DNA from: Lama glama | Taxonomy: Eukaryota | Assembly: GCA_028534125.1 (NCBI GenBank) | Contig: CM052832.1 | Location: 5,892,001 to 5,956,000, forward strand | DNA length: 64,000 bases | Reading direction: 5' to 3' | Part shown: positions 1 through 12,850 of the stretch, one piece after another | Layout of the letters: each line of letters opens with the position of its first letter | How positions within the stretch are numbered: position 1 is the first letter of the stretch | Made by a program: the position numbers and the translations under genes | The notes under the pieces: generated by a model | Seen by the model: the letters and a program-made list of their open reading frames with translations, nothing else | The model's database searches: none | What the model was told of the DNA's origin: nothing

Positions 1-3000
1 TCCTCACCCTGAGAACCCCACATTTGTGTGGTGTGTCCAGACGGAAGCATGGGGAATCTACCCGAAAATCTCAGGTTCAAAATTTCTACCCCAGAAGTTC
101 AAGGCTCATTTCTAAATATTAACTACTGGAAAAAAAAAAAAAACAGTATCCATTTTGCAAATACATAATCTCAATCCCAAAGTGATGAAGCAAATGAACC
201 CAGACCTCCTGCACATCCTGCAGCCCCCGCGCTAGGGTCCTGAGCCAAAATGCTCACCTGTGCCCAGCAGTTATCAGCGAGGTGGGCGCATACATGCAGT
301 TTGCTCGCTTTTCCATCTTTCTGCAGAAGCTTACCCAGGAGAAATGGTGTCAGGGTTTGGTCTGTGTGACTTCTGGTTATAAATGGAATGGATGCCCCAA
401 AGCTCTCAGGGACGGTCTTTTTTTTTTTTTTTTCTAAATCCCCAAACAAACAATAACTATATAAATAAAGCCTGCTCTAGCAGGTGTCTGGGAACTTCAC
501 ACAGCTCCATCCTGTCTCCTTTGGTGAGCCATAAGATGACTTCACAGTGTCTCCAAAGCTGTTTTCTGTGCTGCTGCCAAAGTCATTGACAAGAAACAGA
601 TTAGCACTTAGTCCTTAATATTTCCCCATTTTACGTATTTGCTGTTTTTAATGGGCATGGGCAATGGGGAAGAGGAGGGACTTAAAACATGTGCATCCTA
701 TTATCCTTTTTTAAAAAGACACAGGAGACTTAAATACACCGCGATTTTTAAACACATCGCAAATGAATCGGTGTGCTTTCTCTGAGGTTAGAATAAAGCC
801 AAATGCTTCAAGCTGAATGACTAGAAATCAAGTTTAAAGCAGAAAGAGGGATAAAAGCTTAGCTCTAAGAGTACTGCATAGTGTTACTTACATTTTTGAA
901 GTGAATACAAAGTTAATATGAGGCACAATCGTTTTCTACAAGCTTCTCATGTACAAATATACTCCACACATCATATTAAGTATTCAAATAATTTTAAGAT
1001 AGATTGCAAAAATTTGCAAACCTTTCTTGTTACACCCAGTGATCCCAGAACTTTCTACTCAACTTGGAGCACATTTAATCTTCCCATCAGTCTTTTCCTT
1101 ACTTCCCACATTTCTGAGTGTTTCCTCTTTTCTATTTTCCAAAATCTCTCTCCCAGACATCTTCAAACCAGCTCTAACACAGGCACTTGTTCCTGTCAGT
1201 TTCTTCTAAGTTGTTTATTTTTTAAGAGCTTCGCTTTTGTCACTGCCTTTTGGTTCACTGGAAAGGGAGCAAAAACATCCAACTCTTAAATTAGACAGGT
1301 TTTGTGGGAGGAAATTCACAGAATACGTGTTTTAGCTTCTACAAAAGAATCACACATCTGCAACCCAGTTGATTTTAAATATATCTTGCTGCAGCTACAA
1401 ACCAAAGGATATCGGTATGTTCCAGCTCCAGTTCAAGCTGGCATCAAGTGTCACATAAGCAATATTGCCCACATGGATCCATTCCAGGGAATTAACCAAT
1501 GGAAGCAAAAATTGAATAGAGTCGAAAGTAAATTCTCCAAGTTATACAAGGCTCTGCCTCTTGACCTGATACGTCTGAACCATTACAGCAGAAAACGCGT
1601 CCAAGAAGGGAAGTCCTGTCCTGTCTGCATGCCGAGGCCACGTGGGAGAGCGGAAAAGTCTGACGTGGAGACACTCCAGGACTTGGATTCCAATTACGGT
1701 TCAGCTCCACTGACCAGTGTGAGGGAGACAGAATCCCTGACTCTCTGAGACCTGCCACTTCAGTTCCTCGCACCAGGCTCCTTTGCCCAGACAGAAGTAA
1801 GACTGTAGCCAACGCTGGAAGCTGCGTGCTGGCCTTGGATAATGAAATACATGAGGAGAGGGCTTGATATGGGAGTGAAGGCTTACAATGAGGGCGAGAG
1901 ATGTGGAATAAATTCCCCACCAACCATGAGACTGAATCACACTCCAGAACCAGCTAGACTGCTGATAACAGAGATATTTCAGTGGCTGGGATGAGATAAG
2001 GTCACGGGAAGAGAGCTCACCACATCTGCGCAGTGAGAGATGGGGCAGGGAGAGGGTCCCCGCCTGCTTCCAGGAAGCGCACAGGTGGCAGGAGCCCAGG
2101 CAGAGCAGATTTGGTTTTCCTATCTTGGCTCGAGCCAGCAGGTATATGGATCTGTTCCCAACCAGAGGGGAGAACGGTATTAACGGATGACAGTGCAACA
2201 ATAAATGGCAGTTACGAGACCACTACCGTCCACGTGTGGGCAGCTGTCACTGAGTGAGACCCCCCAAGGCAAGGGGGAGATGGGGGGGTCGGACAACTGT
2301 GACCCACCTTCCTCAGCCCTCAGTTCCTTCATTTATATCAAGCAGGGGTGGTGATATTTAGCTTTCACATCGCCTTTAAGAAACTAAGTAATTCGACAAC
2401 TCCAAACACGTCTAGTCTGACTTCCTTCCTTGCCTCTATTTTATCAACACAACAACAACAAAGGGCAACTGTCTCAGACCCACCTTCAGACACCGAGAAA
2501 GAAAACACTTCGGAGGGCTTTGGTGCCTCTGCCGTGTCAGCCTGGGCTGCGATCCAACTAGAAAACATTACTTCATACTTTAAAAAAAAAAATAGAAGTA
2601 GAAGAAAAAGAAGAATTCTGCACTTCCCAGTTGCAAGTTTCTCAAATCTTAAAATACCCCTACTCCATAAGCAAGCGAGAGCTGTGACTGGAGGGGGAGG
2701 CTGTAAGTCAGGTCATGTCCTTTCTGCGTCTGTGTTTTGGGGTTTTGGTCTAAAGCTGAACGCAGTATTGCCTGACTAGGCGGTGGCTGGCTTACAGAAC
2801 AGAACACAGACGTTTATAAGTACTTCGCTCGACCAAACAAGGGAGATACCACATTATTCACTACAGATGAACTAAGCCTTCAAGGTGGGGAGGTAGCTGC
2901 TCAGATTGCAATGTGTGCCTAGTCCAGAGGCCGAGTGGTTTTAGTGATATAAACTTTAAACAACCCCACTGCGCTAGCCATTTTCATAGAGCCTTGGAGT

Positions 3001-5069
3001 TTTAGAAGGTAGCTTAGATATCACTTAATTCCTTTCCCCCGTCTCCTTTCACACATAAAGCCCAAAGAGATTATATGATTCTCCCAAGGCGAGTCACTCA
3101 AGATTCTGAACTGCAAGCAACAGAAATGGACTTCAGCTGAGTGAGACAGAAAGGATAAGATGCAGCATCACTGGGAATGCACAACTTAGAACTGTGGCCA
3201 AGCAGACAGAAATGATACCTAAAACCATGACTTCAGCCGGTTCTGATACCGAAACCACGGCTTCTATAGCAGTGTCCTCTGAAGCAGTCTCCACCAGGTG
3301 CCCCTAGTTCCTGAGACAGGCAGTTATGGCTGGAACCTAGGATCAAAACTTCTCTCTAGCTGCAAGGGAATCTTGGAAAATTAATAACTGATCTTTGTGC
3401 ATCTTTTAAATTAAGAAGCCGTCTTTGCACAGATGCATTGTTCCTCCCCCGCTACTCCCCAGCAAGACACAGGACGTTGACAGTTTCTCAGCGTGGACAT
3501 TTCAGACCTGGAAAGGCTTTCAATCATTGGCAGCCAAAATAACTAACAAATGTTGGCTATGTGAGATTTCTCAGTGAGCTAGTGGCAAAACTGAGCCTGA
3601 CCCCTTGTTTGAAATTCTTTCCATCAACAAATGTATCTGTATATGTTTGAGGCATCCTGTTGGGTCCTCAGGACACAGAGTGAGCAGAAAGACATGGTTG
3701 CTACCCCCAGGGGCCTTACTGACAAGTGGTAAAGGCAGGCAATGAACAAATAATCCCCAAAATAAGTATGCAATTGCAATTAATTATAAATTGGGACAGG
3801 TTCTAAGAGGGAAATGAAAAAGCAGCAATGAAACGCTTTAATAGGAGGACTCAGATTCAATTTGGAGAATGCTTCTCTGGGAAGTAAGAGTTAAGCTAAA
3901 AACAACGAAGATGAACCAGAGGAAAGGAATTAATCAATTGGTTAAAAAGAGAAGAAAGGAATACAGTTCAGCTTTCCCAGCAACTACACTTAGAGTCCGT
4001 GTGGGGGTTCTCGGATCTGAACCCTCAATGGTGAATATGGTTCAGTGAGCAATAAGGGGGAGGAGTCATTTGAAGGAAGCAGAGGCTTATGCTAATGAGT
4101 TTTAAAAAGACTTCACAGTCAGTATAAACAAACAAAGCAAAACAAAATAAAAGGGACAGAGGCACTCGAGCGGGGGAGGGGAGTCAAGGAACTGATTAAT
4201 ACCAATCAAACTCATTAGGTTAACATAGTGCCTTCTGTTAGGTGTCGTCCCAGCAATGCTGGCTAAGCAACTAGCAGGTGACAGGAGGTGGCAGCCAGGC
4301 AAACAGCACTTGCCCTCACCTAGCTACTGTCTTGCACAGAAGAGCCACAAAGATGTGTCACTCAGAAAAGTGGATGCACCACTTGCTCTGAAGGCCCACA
4401 GCAGAGGGACTTCAACCAGCCAGGAGGGCTCAGGAAGGCGTCCACGAAGAAGAGAAATTAAGAGAAACCCAGGGGTCCACGGGGTCTGCCTGGGACACCA
4501 TAAGTGATGTCTGTGTGTTAAATGAATAAATATGAAGTACCCGCGTGAACAGCATAATAATATCTGGAAGAATTAATTGATGCTTTGAGTATTTCCTTCC
4601 TGTGACTCTGCCTTTCCCCTTGTTAGAGCAGCAGCAAGAGGCACTGCATCGGGATGAAGGTTTTTACAAGCAGAAAATGCCCCGAGAAGTAAGCCATTCG
4701 TCTCTCAGCTTCTGAGCTTCAAAATGGAAATTTAAAACTTTCAAGAGAGGAAATTGTTGAGAGAAAGGGTCTCGAGCGTGACAAAAATGACCTTGAGTAT
4801 CTGCCGCCACAGACTTGCAGGACTCGGGCATTAAGTGCACTGTGTGGACAATTTCCAGGAATGTACATGGCTACACGGGCCAGGTGTCCCACCCCACGAT
4901 GGGTGGAGGGCTTACTGCCGAATGGCGAAGGAGGACAACAGAGGAAGTGGAAGCTGACCTTGTGAAGCTGTCCTGAAGGTACGGCCCTGGACTGAGCGCA
5001 GGGGCCAGGGATGGGGTCGGGGAGAAACAGACCCTCAATGCACTTGGGGATATGAGAGCAGAAAGCCTG

Positions 5070-5123
5070 CGCCTCACTTCCCAGGGACCTGCCCGCCTCA
5101 CTTCCCAGGGACCTGGCCGCCTC
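5070..5123 (+). repeat. 24-bp tandem duplication (2.2 copies)
   Basis: CGCCTCACTTCCCAGGGACCTGCC / CGCCTCACTTCCCAGGGACCTGGC / CGCCTC. Confidence 0.9.
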
Positions 5124-5487
5124 CCAACATCCACCTGATGGGCTGTGGTCCAACGATGGGGGAGTAGCTGGAATTGCTGATAAGCCTTAAGAGGCTGAAA
5201 CAAGGATGCAAAGTGACCCACGACAACCCACGCCTGAGGCTAGAGGGAAACTTAGCTCTCTCAGCAACACCAGGGCCAATAAATGACAGCAACCAAACAA
5301 GGAGCCCCCACCCACGGGCCCCGTGGAGTCACGAACACCTCCCTGGAACTTACACAGAGTCTAGGAAGGAGAGGAAACCCTGATTCAACTGAATTTATCT
5401 TGATCGTGTAATGCTGGTACTTTCACCAGGTCACATGCAGGCTTAAAGATGAGATGAACCAGAGTCATAAGAACACAGAGATGGAGT

Positions 5488-5550
5488 TTTCTTCTTCTTC
5501 TTCTTCTTCTTCTTCTTTTTTTGGTTTCTTTGGGGTTTTTTTTTTTCTTT
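5488..5550 (+). repeat. (TTC)n microsatellite with poly-T
   Basis: Directly visible. Confidence 0.9.
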
Positions 5551-6321
5551 TGCACACCTCTGCAATTTCTGTAGTCTGTGAAATTTCAGCCTGCTATAAA
5601 AGTCTAACAAAACCATGTTTTTCATTAATTAGAAGGAAATTACAATGTGGAGAAAGGTTTATAGATGGAATGTCGATTTTTAAGTTGACGAGGCCGGTCT
5701 GGTAAAAAGCAGGCCTGGAGCACCAAAAAAAAAAAAAAAAAAGATTTTGAGTCCAGAATCCCAGGAGGTGCCCTTTAAATAATCAGCTTTTGGACCAGGC
5801 CATTCTGCGATCTGAGGCACCAATTGAATTAGCCAATTGCTGACCTTGAGAGGGAGCGGGGTGGAGGACCGGGCTTCTACAACCGTGAAAAGGCCCAGCA
5901 AAGGGTTTTCTACTTATTTTTACTTAGTGCAGAAAAGCAAGATCAAAATTAAACTGTAAATGAAAACTGTTTAAATTGAGTACAGAAGGGGCCGCCATGG
6001 AAAGTTGTGTTTGTTTTTCGACGTGGGTTGAATTTTGGCTTAAATTTTTGGCATAAATGTGAATAATTAGAAATCTTGTCAGTTCAGGTTATTTTCATAT
6101 AGGTTTTACATCTACAAATGAAATACAAACATCTAATACAGACATTATATGTAACAGCGTTACTGAGAACATAGGTTAGAAGATCTGTGTACAATAAAGT
6201 CATGCTCATGAACGCCTACACTTTGCATTTAGCACCTCTTTGGTTAATCCCGTCTACGTGAGCCTGACTCTGGTCTGCGCAGTGCAGGTCAAGGAGAATG
6301 GTAACACAGGTCAAGCGGTGG

Positions 6322-6450
6322 CAGGGGGAGGGCACAGCTCAGCGGCAGAGCGCGCGTGCGCGCTAGCACGCCCGCGGTCCTGGGTTCAATCCCCAGTACC
6401 TCCTCTAAAAATAAAGACATAAATAAACCTAATGACCTACCCCCCGCCCA
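6322..6450 (+). mobile_element. tRNA-derived SINE (camelid Vic-1-like), GC-shifted copy
   Basis: AGCTCAGCGG A-box-like head, GGTTCAATCCC B box, CAGTACCTCC, A-rich tail; same family as the other copies in the window. Confidence 0.85.
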
Positions 6451-7292
6451 AATATTAAACGGTGTGGGCTGAGCTTCCACGCGGACGCATGATGTGCTTC
6501 AGAAGCTCCGACCAACAAGCTGCCCACCCTCAAGAACACACAGAGAACCGGGTGCGAGGGTGTCTGCAAAAGCCGGCTGTGAGCGGGCTGAGTCGAGCAA
6601 TTCAACCAGCAGCAGAGAGGATGACGAGTAAAGGCTCCGAGGAACGGGAGAAGGGCCTCCCCGGTAGGAAGACGCAGACTCACTGCGCAAGACCATCCGC
6701 GTGTCTCCAGGCCAGGAGCCCTGGGGCCGGGAAGAGCCCGGAGACGTCCTGTCACATCCCGGCAGCTTCGTGGTTTGCCAAACGGCAGAGCTGCAAGGTC
6801 AGCAAACACCCACGCACCGGCGTCCCAGACACCGCGGGCTTCCGGGGCCCCCGTCCAGGAGCTGCGGGAAAGGAACGCTGCTATCTCTGTTGCGTTCACC
6901 CAGTTCCCACAATAGGACTCGGTACAGAACGGAATTTGGATTCAGTTTCAGCTACAGTGAACTTGGATTGATTTATTTGGATTAGTCTTTTTTAATCACA
7001 GGGTAGAGTTTAAAGAAGAGCTGGAAATGAAGAACTTAACTCATGATCCTGCATTTTATGGAAATGTTTTCCCTCCTTTACAGCCAATTGTAGATCTGCT
7101 CTATTTTTAGGTTATCAGCACAGATTTAAAGAATGAAGAGTTCTCTCGAACTTCCTCCTACTCAGATGTGGAGCTCAGAGAGTGAAGGCGAACAAGAACC
7201 ACGCAGAACCTCTAGCTCACACTGTGCAGCCAGGAGGTCCCTGCGTAATGTCAAAAGATCTGAAATTTGGAGAGAAAAATAATACTAGGATG

Positions 7293-7445
7293 CGGGTGGG
7301 CAGGGTATAGTTCAAGTGGTAGAGCACATGCTTAGCATGCATGAGGTCCTGGGTTCAATCCCCAGCACTGCCTCTGAAAATAATAAATAAATCTAACACC
7401 CCCCTCAAAATAAAATAATAATTAAATAATGAATTAAATATATAT
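7293..7445 (+). mobile_element. tRNA-derived SINE (camelid Vic-1-like)
   Basis: GGGTATAGTTCAAGTGGTAGAGCACATGCTTAGCATGCATGAGGTCCTGGGTTCAATCCCCAG plus AT-rich tail. Confidence 0.88.
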
Positions 7446-7667
7446 TTAAAAAATATCAGGACAAAGGTCCTGACTTATTAGGAAGCTACCTTTGGTCTGG
7501 AGGGAACCAGGTCACTCCAAGTCCCTGAGGCCAGTGGTCTCTGGAGAAAGCTGTGAGGACACTTGAAGTTTGGTGAGTAAGGGGCCACAGGATTGACTGG
7601 GATACCAGAAGAATGATTAGAACGTCACTCTACATTTATTTTTATCTTTAAAATATAAGATAGAAAC

Positions 7668-8039
7668 AGACAGGAAAGGCAACTATCATATGCTATCACT
7701 TATATATGGAACCTAAAAAATTGGCACAAATGAATTTCTTTATAAAACAGAAACAGACTCACAGACATAGAAAACAAATTTATGGTTACCGGGGTCGGGA
7801 AGAGAGGGAAAGGATAAATCAGGAGTTTGCAGTTTGCAGATATTAACTACTGTATATAAAACAGATAAACAGCAAGGTCCTACTGTACAGCACAGAGAAC
7901 TATAGTCAATATCTTGTTAATACCCTATAATGACAAAGAATAGGAAAAATAATATATATGTGTAACTGAATCGCCATGCTGTACACAAGAAACTAACACA
8001 ATGCTGTAAATCAACTGTACTTCAATTTAAAAAATACAT
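7668..8039 (+). mobile_element. 5'-truncated LINE-1 3' end with 15-bp TSD
   Basis: Typical L1 3'UTR (AAACAGACTCACAGACATAGAAAACAAA...); TSD ATATAAGATAGAAAC at 7653-7667 and 8040-8054. Confidence 0.9.
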
Positions 8040-8269
8040 ATATAAGATAGAAACTAGGGTGTGCTAATATTAAAAACACAGCGATGGTATTACACATCAT
8101 TTATATTGAGGGTATGAGCTGAAAAGCATTTTTTCAATATAAGGGTGAGACACCATGAAAGTGTACAGACCACTGCCTTAGACCTTACCAGAATTCCTAT
8201 AAGTTATAAGAGAAAGGAGGAACTGCAGTTTCTTTAACATCGTCCGTGCATCAGTCGACAGGATAATGT

Positions 8270-8425
8270 GTTTCAGCTCATTGAATCCCCACCGCCACCC
8301 AGTGAGGCAGACGCCACTATTCCTGCTACACAGGTGAAGAAACAGATCCAAAGAAGTTAAGTGGCTCACTCTGGGTCACAAACCCGGCAAGTGCCAGTGA
8401 TGGAATCCAAACCCTCGTCTGTTTT
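8270..8425. mobile_element. MIR fragment
   Basis: ACAGGTGAAGAAACAGA...GAAGTTAAGTGGCT...GGTCACA core; other MIR-like fragments near 45.5, 47.55, 53.2, 59.4 and 60.3 kb. Confidence 0.65.
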
Positions 8426-8978
8426 CAGGTTGTCTGCCCTCTCCCTGAGACCCCAATATCGAAAGAGTGGCCAGCTCTGAGACTAGCACTTTCCAAGGGG
8501 GCTCGGGACTCAGTGCTGCAGAAACTGCTCTTGTGTTAAGGAAACCAGGCGTGGTGCGCTCTCACTCTGTAAACAAGGAATGTCTCTAATCGGGCCCACC
8601 AAAATCCAGGCAAAACAGCAAATACTGTGAGGCATTTTATGAATCATTAAGTTGCTGCTCTTATTAGTGAAATAATTTTTAAGCACCAATAATATCCTAT
8701 TCAATAGAGAGAATAAGCCCCCAGTAGACCCACTGAACAAATTTGGTGGCTCTTAGAAGTAGTGTGTGGTGTGCGTGTGTGCGTGTGTGTGTGAATAAGG
8801 GACTGAGAGAGAGAAAGAATAAGGAGGTACTGTAAAGGTTTAAATAAATAATGGCAGAGTTCAGAAGGACAGAAATAGTGGACATTCTAAGTTTCCCAAG
8901 TCCCGCATCCCTCCCTTCACCCTGTGATGTCTTAAGTGATCAGAAAACGTCTCTGTAAATTGTCCCTCTTGCACTTAC

Positions 8979-9313
8979 CTTGGTCAGTTTCATTTCCAGC
9001 ACGTGGCTGCTGTGGATCCGACTGTCAAAATGAGCCACCTCTTTGGAGGAGGACTTAACCTTGGCAATGATCTTCACGTAGGAGAACACGATCACCGCCG
9101 TTGGCAGGAGGAGGCAGAAGAAGAGGATGTTCAGGATGAAGATCTGGCCCCCCACCGAAGCCTGGGCCAGCCACCAGTCCAGGGTGCAGGAGGTTCCAAA
9201 GGGCTCCGGCGCGTAGTCCCCCAGACCTACCAAGGGCATGGTGGTCCAGAAGGAGGCATAGGCCCAGATGACGGCCAGGCAGATGTAGGCGTGCTTTCTT
9301 TTCAGCCAGACCC
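8979..9313 (-). CDS. OPN5: Opsin-5 coding exon 4 (335 nt)
   Basis: CCTCCAG| acceptor and AAG|GTAAGT donor; encodes (G)VWLKRKHAYICLAVIWAYASFWTTMPLVGLGDYAPEPFGTSCTLDWW...HVLEMKLTK, with the opsin-type PEPFGTSCTLDW loop. Confidence 0.97.
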
Positions 9314-10909
9314 CTGGAGGTGGAAGAAGAGCATTACCAGGATGTAATCTGCCCGACACCCGGATACCTCCCCTTGACACGTCAAATTCCACATCCAAAG
9401 AGTTATTCCACGGGCTTCTGGGAGAAGTGGTCAGTAACCGAAGCCGGAGGGAGCGGGGGTGGAGGGAAAAGCGTTCCAGAGCTGGGGCCTTTTTCCAAGA
9501 GAATAAAACTGGAAGTGATTCCACAGGGAGGGTTTTCTCTGGCATCTGGGAGCCTTGGGATGGGGAAGTGACAGAAGCTGGGGAAAGGTGGCAGTAAAGA
9601 GAAGAGACGGTGCTGGAGACAGTGGAGGATCTTGGGAAGCACTGGGAATGACCTTCAAGATCCTATCCAGTGCAAGAGGCCAACTGGTAGACTACAAAGA
9701 TGGAGCTCAAAAAAAAGAGAAAAAAAGCACGTATTAAGGGTTCATCTAAGGTAGAGTCTTTGGAGGAGGTGAGAAATGATAAGGCATTGCCTGGGTCTCT
9801 AATAAACCCTTCTTCCTAAAAGCTCCCATGTCCCTCACCTCACCTTCTTCCTAAGCACTGGTGGGATGCGGGCTGATGCCAGGGTCGTGACTGTGTGGTG
9901 TGATCTTAGAGGGGGTCGACTCTGCTGACTGAGAGCAGATTTTGAATCTTCAAACACTGTTAACAGAACAGTCACACTCACACAGCCATAGTGGTAGAGG
10001 TGGAGAATCTAGCTCGCCTGTATCACGTTCTGCAAAAGTAATTCTGTGCAAATATTTTCAGTAAAAAAAAACAAAAAAAATGAGCTCTGTTTTCCAGCAC
10101 TAGTTTCCATTAGCCAAAAGCAAGTTCCAAGAGGAAGAAACAGAGCGGCCATCTAAGAAAAGCTGGAAAGCGCGAGCAATAATTTTCCAAATCTCAGTAC
10201 AACCACTGACAGATCTGCCGGGTCTGGGGCTCCTGCCTACATGGGAAGTTACCTCCCCATCCCGCTTACTGCCCGAAACCGAAAGGGCCAGAGACGTGGC
10301 TCCTAACTGCCTGGGTTTGGGGTAGCAGAGAAGAAATAGCAAAACTTATTTAATAAAAGCCAAGTGATTTCTTCAGCACAGACTTAAGGCCTGCCTCTGC
10401 GTAGGGTCACGTGAGGTCTGGGAGGTCAGAAGGGCCGAATCTTTCTCATTTCCAGCCTTTGACCCGCTTCACGTAAGCTTTCCGGACATCAGTGATCTTA
10501 GCAGTAAAATGGAGGAAATAAAAATATATTGCTTACAGATTTTGATAAGTGTGAGAAGAAGAAGTGCCAGGCCTCCTTTAGAAACTTTGAAACGCTCCAT
10601 GGACGCAAGTATTTACTCCCCTGTTTGTCTCAACTAGTGCTAACGAGAAATACCACCGATGGCTTCTTTTGTCTCTACGTTTTCAAATGCATGGCAGTTT
10701 GTATCATGAAATGCAAATTTCAGGAGCCCACCAGAGAGGGGGTAGCAATCTTGTAGCCACAATAGCTGTCGGCTTTGGGTCATCCATTAGAGCGGATAAC
10801 ACACTGGCACGGATAACCACGTATATTCATGGACACGTGCGTAGGCGTGCACACGCGTAAGCATTCATGGTCAGGGTTACTCGGTGAGGTGTTTTATACT
10901 TACATTCGA

Positions 10910-11245
10910 GTGTGGTGAAAGGCTGTCAAGTACAGGAGGGAGTAGATTAGTAGATTGGTTCTGTGTTGCTCCAGAAGTCAGAACTAGGACCAATGGGTGG
11001 AGGTTACTGGGAGGCAGTTTTGTCTCAATATAAGGAATAACATTGTAACAATGAGAGCAGACCAATCAGAGAACGGGCTGCCTTGTGCAGTAGTAAGCTC
11101 CCCGTCACTGGTCACTGGAATTATTCTCAAGAAGAGGCCAAGTGGCTGTCCGGCAGGGATGCCTTAAAACAGTTGATCACATTACATGGAGAAAAGGGCT
11201 ACCTGCTGCCCCCAAGTGGCCTTCTAATTCCAACATTCCAAGACA
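10910..11245 (+). mobile_element. CR1/L3-like ancient LINE fragment
   Basis: GCTCCAGAAGTCAGAACTAGGACCAATGGGTGGAGGTTAC...GGGCTGCCTTGTG..GTAGTAAGCTCCCCGTCACTGG. Confidence 0.65.
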
Positions 11246-12679
11246 CTGTGTGGAGGTTCTACCAGTGGGACAACTCCAATGACAAAACCAGACCACTGAG
11301 AATCAACCTTAGAAGAAGCTGAAAAATATAAACAGTTCCCCTATGGAGCTGTGCCCTGCCATGATTCAGGGAGTGGCAGTACCATCTCTTTAATTGATGC
11401 AAAGCCTAAAGTTAAGAAAATATTTAAAAAGCAGAGATATAGAGGTTTAGTATTCCTCAAATATTCCCTAGAAATTAAACTTCTTGCTTTTTCATCTATA
11501 AAACTATAGATATATTTAAAATCTATTTGATAGGATCAAAAATAAGTTTATAGAAAAAAATTGACTCTGAAATCATCCAGGATATGTATAATTATATTTT
11601 TGTATTTTTTTTGAATTTTTGATTTAAGCTCTTTCGATTTGCAAGTTTTAAACTGTTTAGAAAAAGAGATGCAATTTTTTAAAAAAACTGAGCACTGAAA
11701 AAAAAAAAAGAGCCCTAAATGGTGAAGACATTGGGCCATGACCCTACCCCTTGACACCCCCTCTCAACATTTTTTTTAAATTTAGGACTGTAGCCTTTTA
11801 AAATATAAAGAAAAATTTCACCCCATTGAGACTGCCAAATCAACTTGATCTTTCCCATTTCAGGATGTGTCCTCATGGTCACGCCCACCTGGCTGATTGA
11901 GACTGATGTACCAAACAGTGCAACGGGAACCAGTATTATTCCCCAGTCATAGCTGGTTCTCAATAATAAACTTTAGGAGTGCAAATGCTTCTTTTTTTGT
12001 ATTCGGTAAATTCCCAGAACTCCAAGAAGCAAAGTACTGAATGTTATCTTTCACATGTGGAACGGTCTAATCATGAAAACAAAACAAAACAGAAAACCTT
12101 TAGCCTCTGAACTTCGCTGTTGTGGGCTCACCCCTCACCAGTTTCTCTTAACCACTCAGCTTTCTACGTTCCCACACACAAAGAGAACGTTGGGTGGTAC
12201 TTCTGTACGGGTGTCCGTGCCTCAGGCACGGCTCTCTAACCTGGGGGAGAATTCCTCATCTCTGCAGTTACAGGGAGACTGAGCGACAAAGGAGAATCAG
12301 AAACATCCTTCCCGAGAATTATACTTACTACGTGGGGAACCAACTAAGACATCTTAGACCTAACATCCTTTCAACGCATTTGATTTCTTCTACTTGCGAG
12401 GCAGAACACAGTAAGAGCTTGCACACTTTATACAAAGAAATGGTACTTTTAAAACCATCATAGCCAAACACCAGACATTCCCATAAAAGTAGTATTAAAA
12501 GAAACCTACACCGATACCAGTTCACATCTGTAAACCTGTGTTAGAACAAGATAGGCTATAAATAGAAAAGCTCCTGGTCTCTGAGGTTAGTCTTTGTTTG
12601 TTCCCTATGCGTAAAACATGGACCGCTCTGACAAGCCACCTAGATTTGACTATCAGGGAATAGAAACCTTCCTACTTAC

Positions 12680-12850
12680 CATACGACAAATAGCAGATTT
12701 TCAGGTATCGGTCCAGGCTGACCGCAGTCATAGTGATAAGACTTCCACAGCCAAAGAAAAATCCAGCCCACCCGTACCAGCGGCAGCCAATCCAGCCAAA
12801 CATCCAGCGGTGACAGAAGCAGGAGATGATGGTGAACGGTTTGCCTACGA
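12680..12850 (-). CDS. OPN5: Opsin-5 coding exon 3 (171 nt)
   Basis: CTCTAG| acceptor and G|GTAAGT donor; encodes (V)VGKPFTIISCFCHRWMFGWIGCRWYGWAGFFFGCGSLITMTAVSLDRYLKICYLSY, including the DRY motif. Missed by the ORF track; read by hand. Confidence 0.97.

Noticed and set aside
5070..5123. 24-bp direct repeat as a CRISPR-like array
   Set aside because: Two adjacent units with no spacers in a mammalian intron; a simple slippage duplication.
6429..6985. Overlapping 94-169 aa ORFs on both strands
   Set aside because: Expected from stop-codon depletion in a GC-rich patch; no recognisable protein.
1..8978. OPN5 apparently lacks TM6-TM7 and the Schiff-base lysine (possible pseudogene)
   Set aside because: Exons 1-4 are intact with canonical splice sites; the simplest explanation is that intron 4 extends past the window edge.
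8940..9545. 201-aa ORF as a standalone gene
   Set aside because: Only 8979-9313 is OPN5 exon 4; the rest is intronic read-through.
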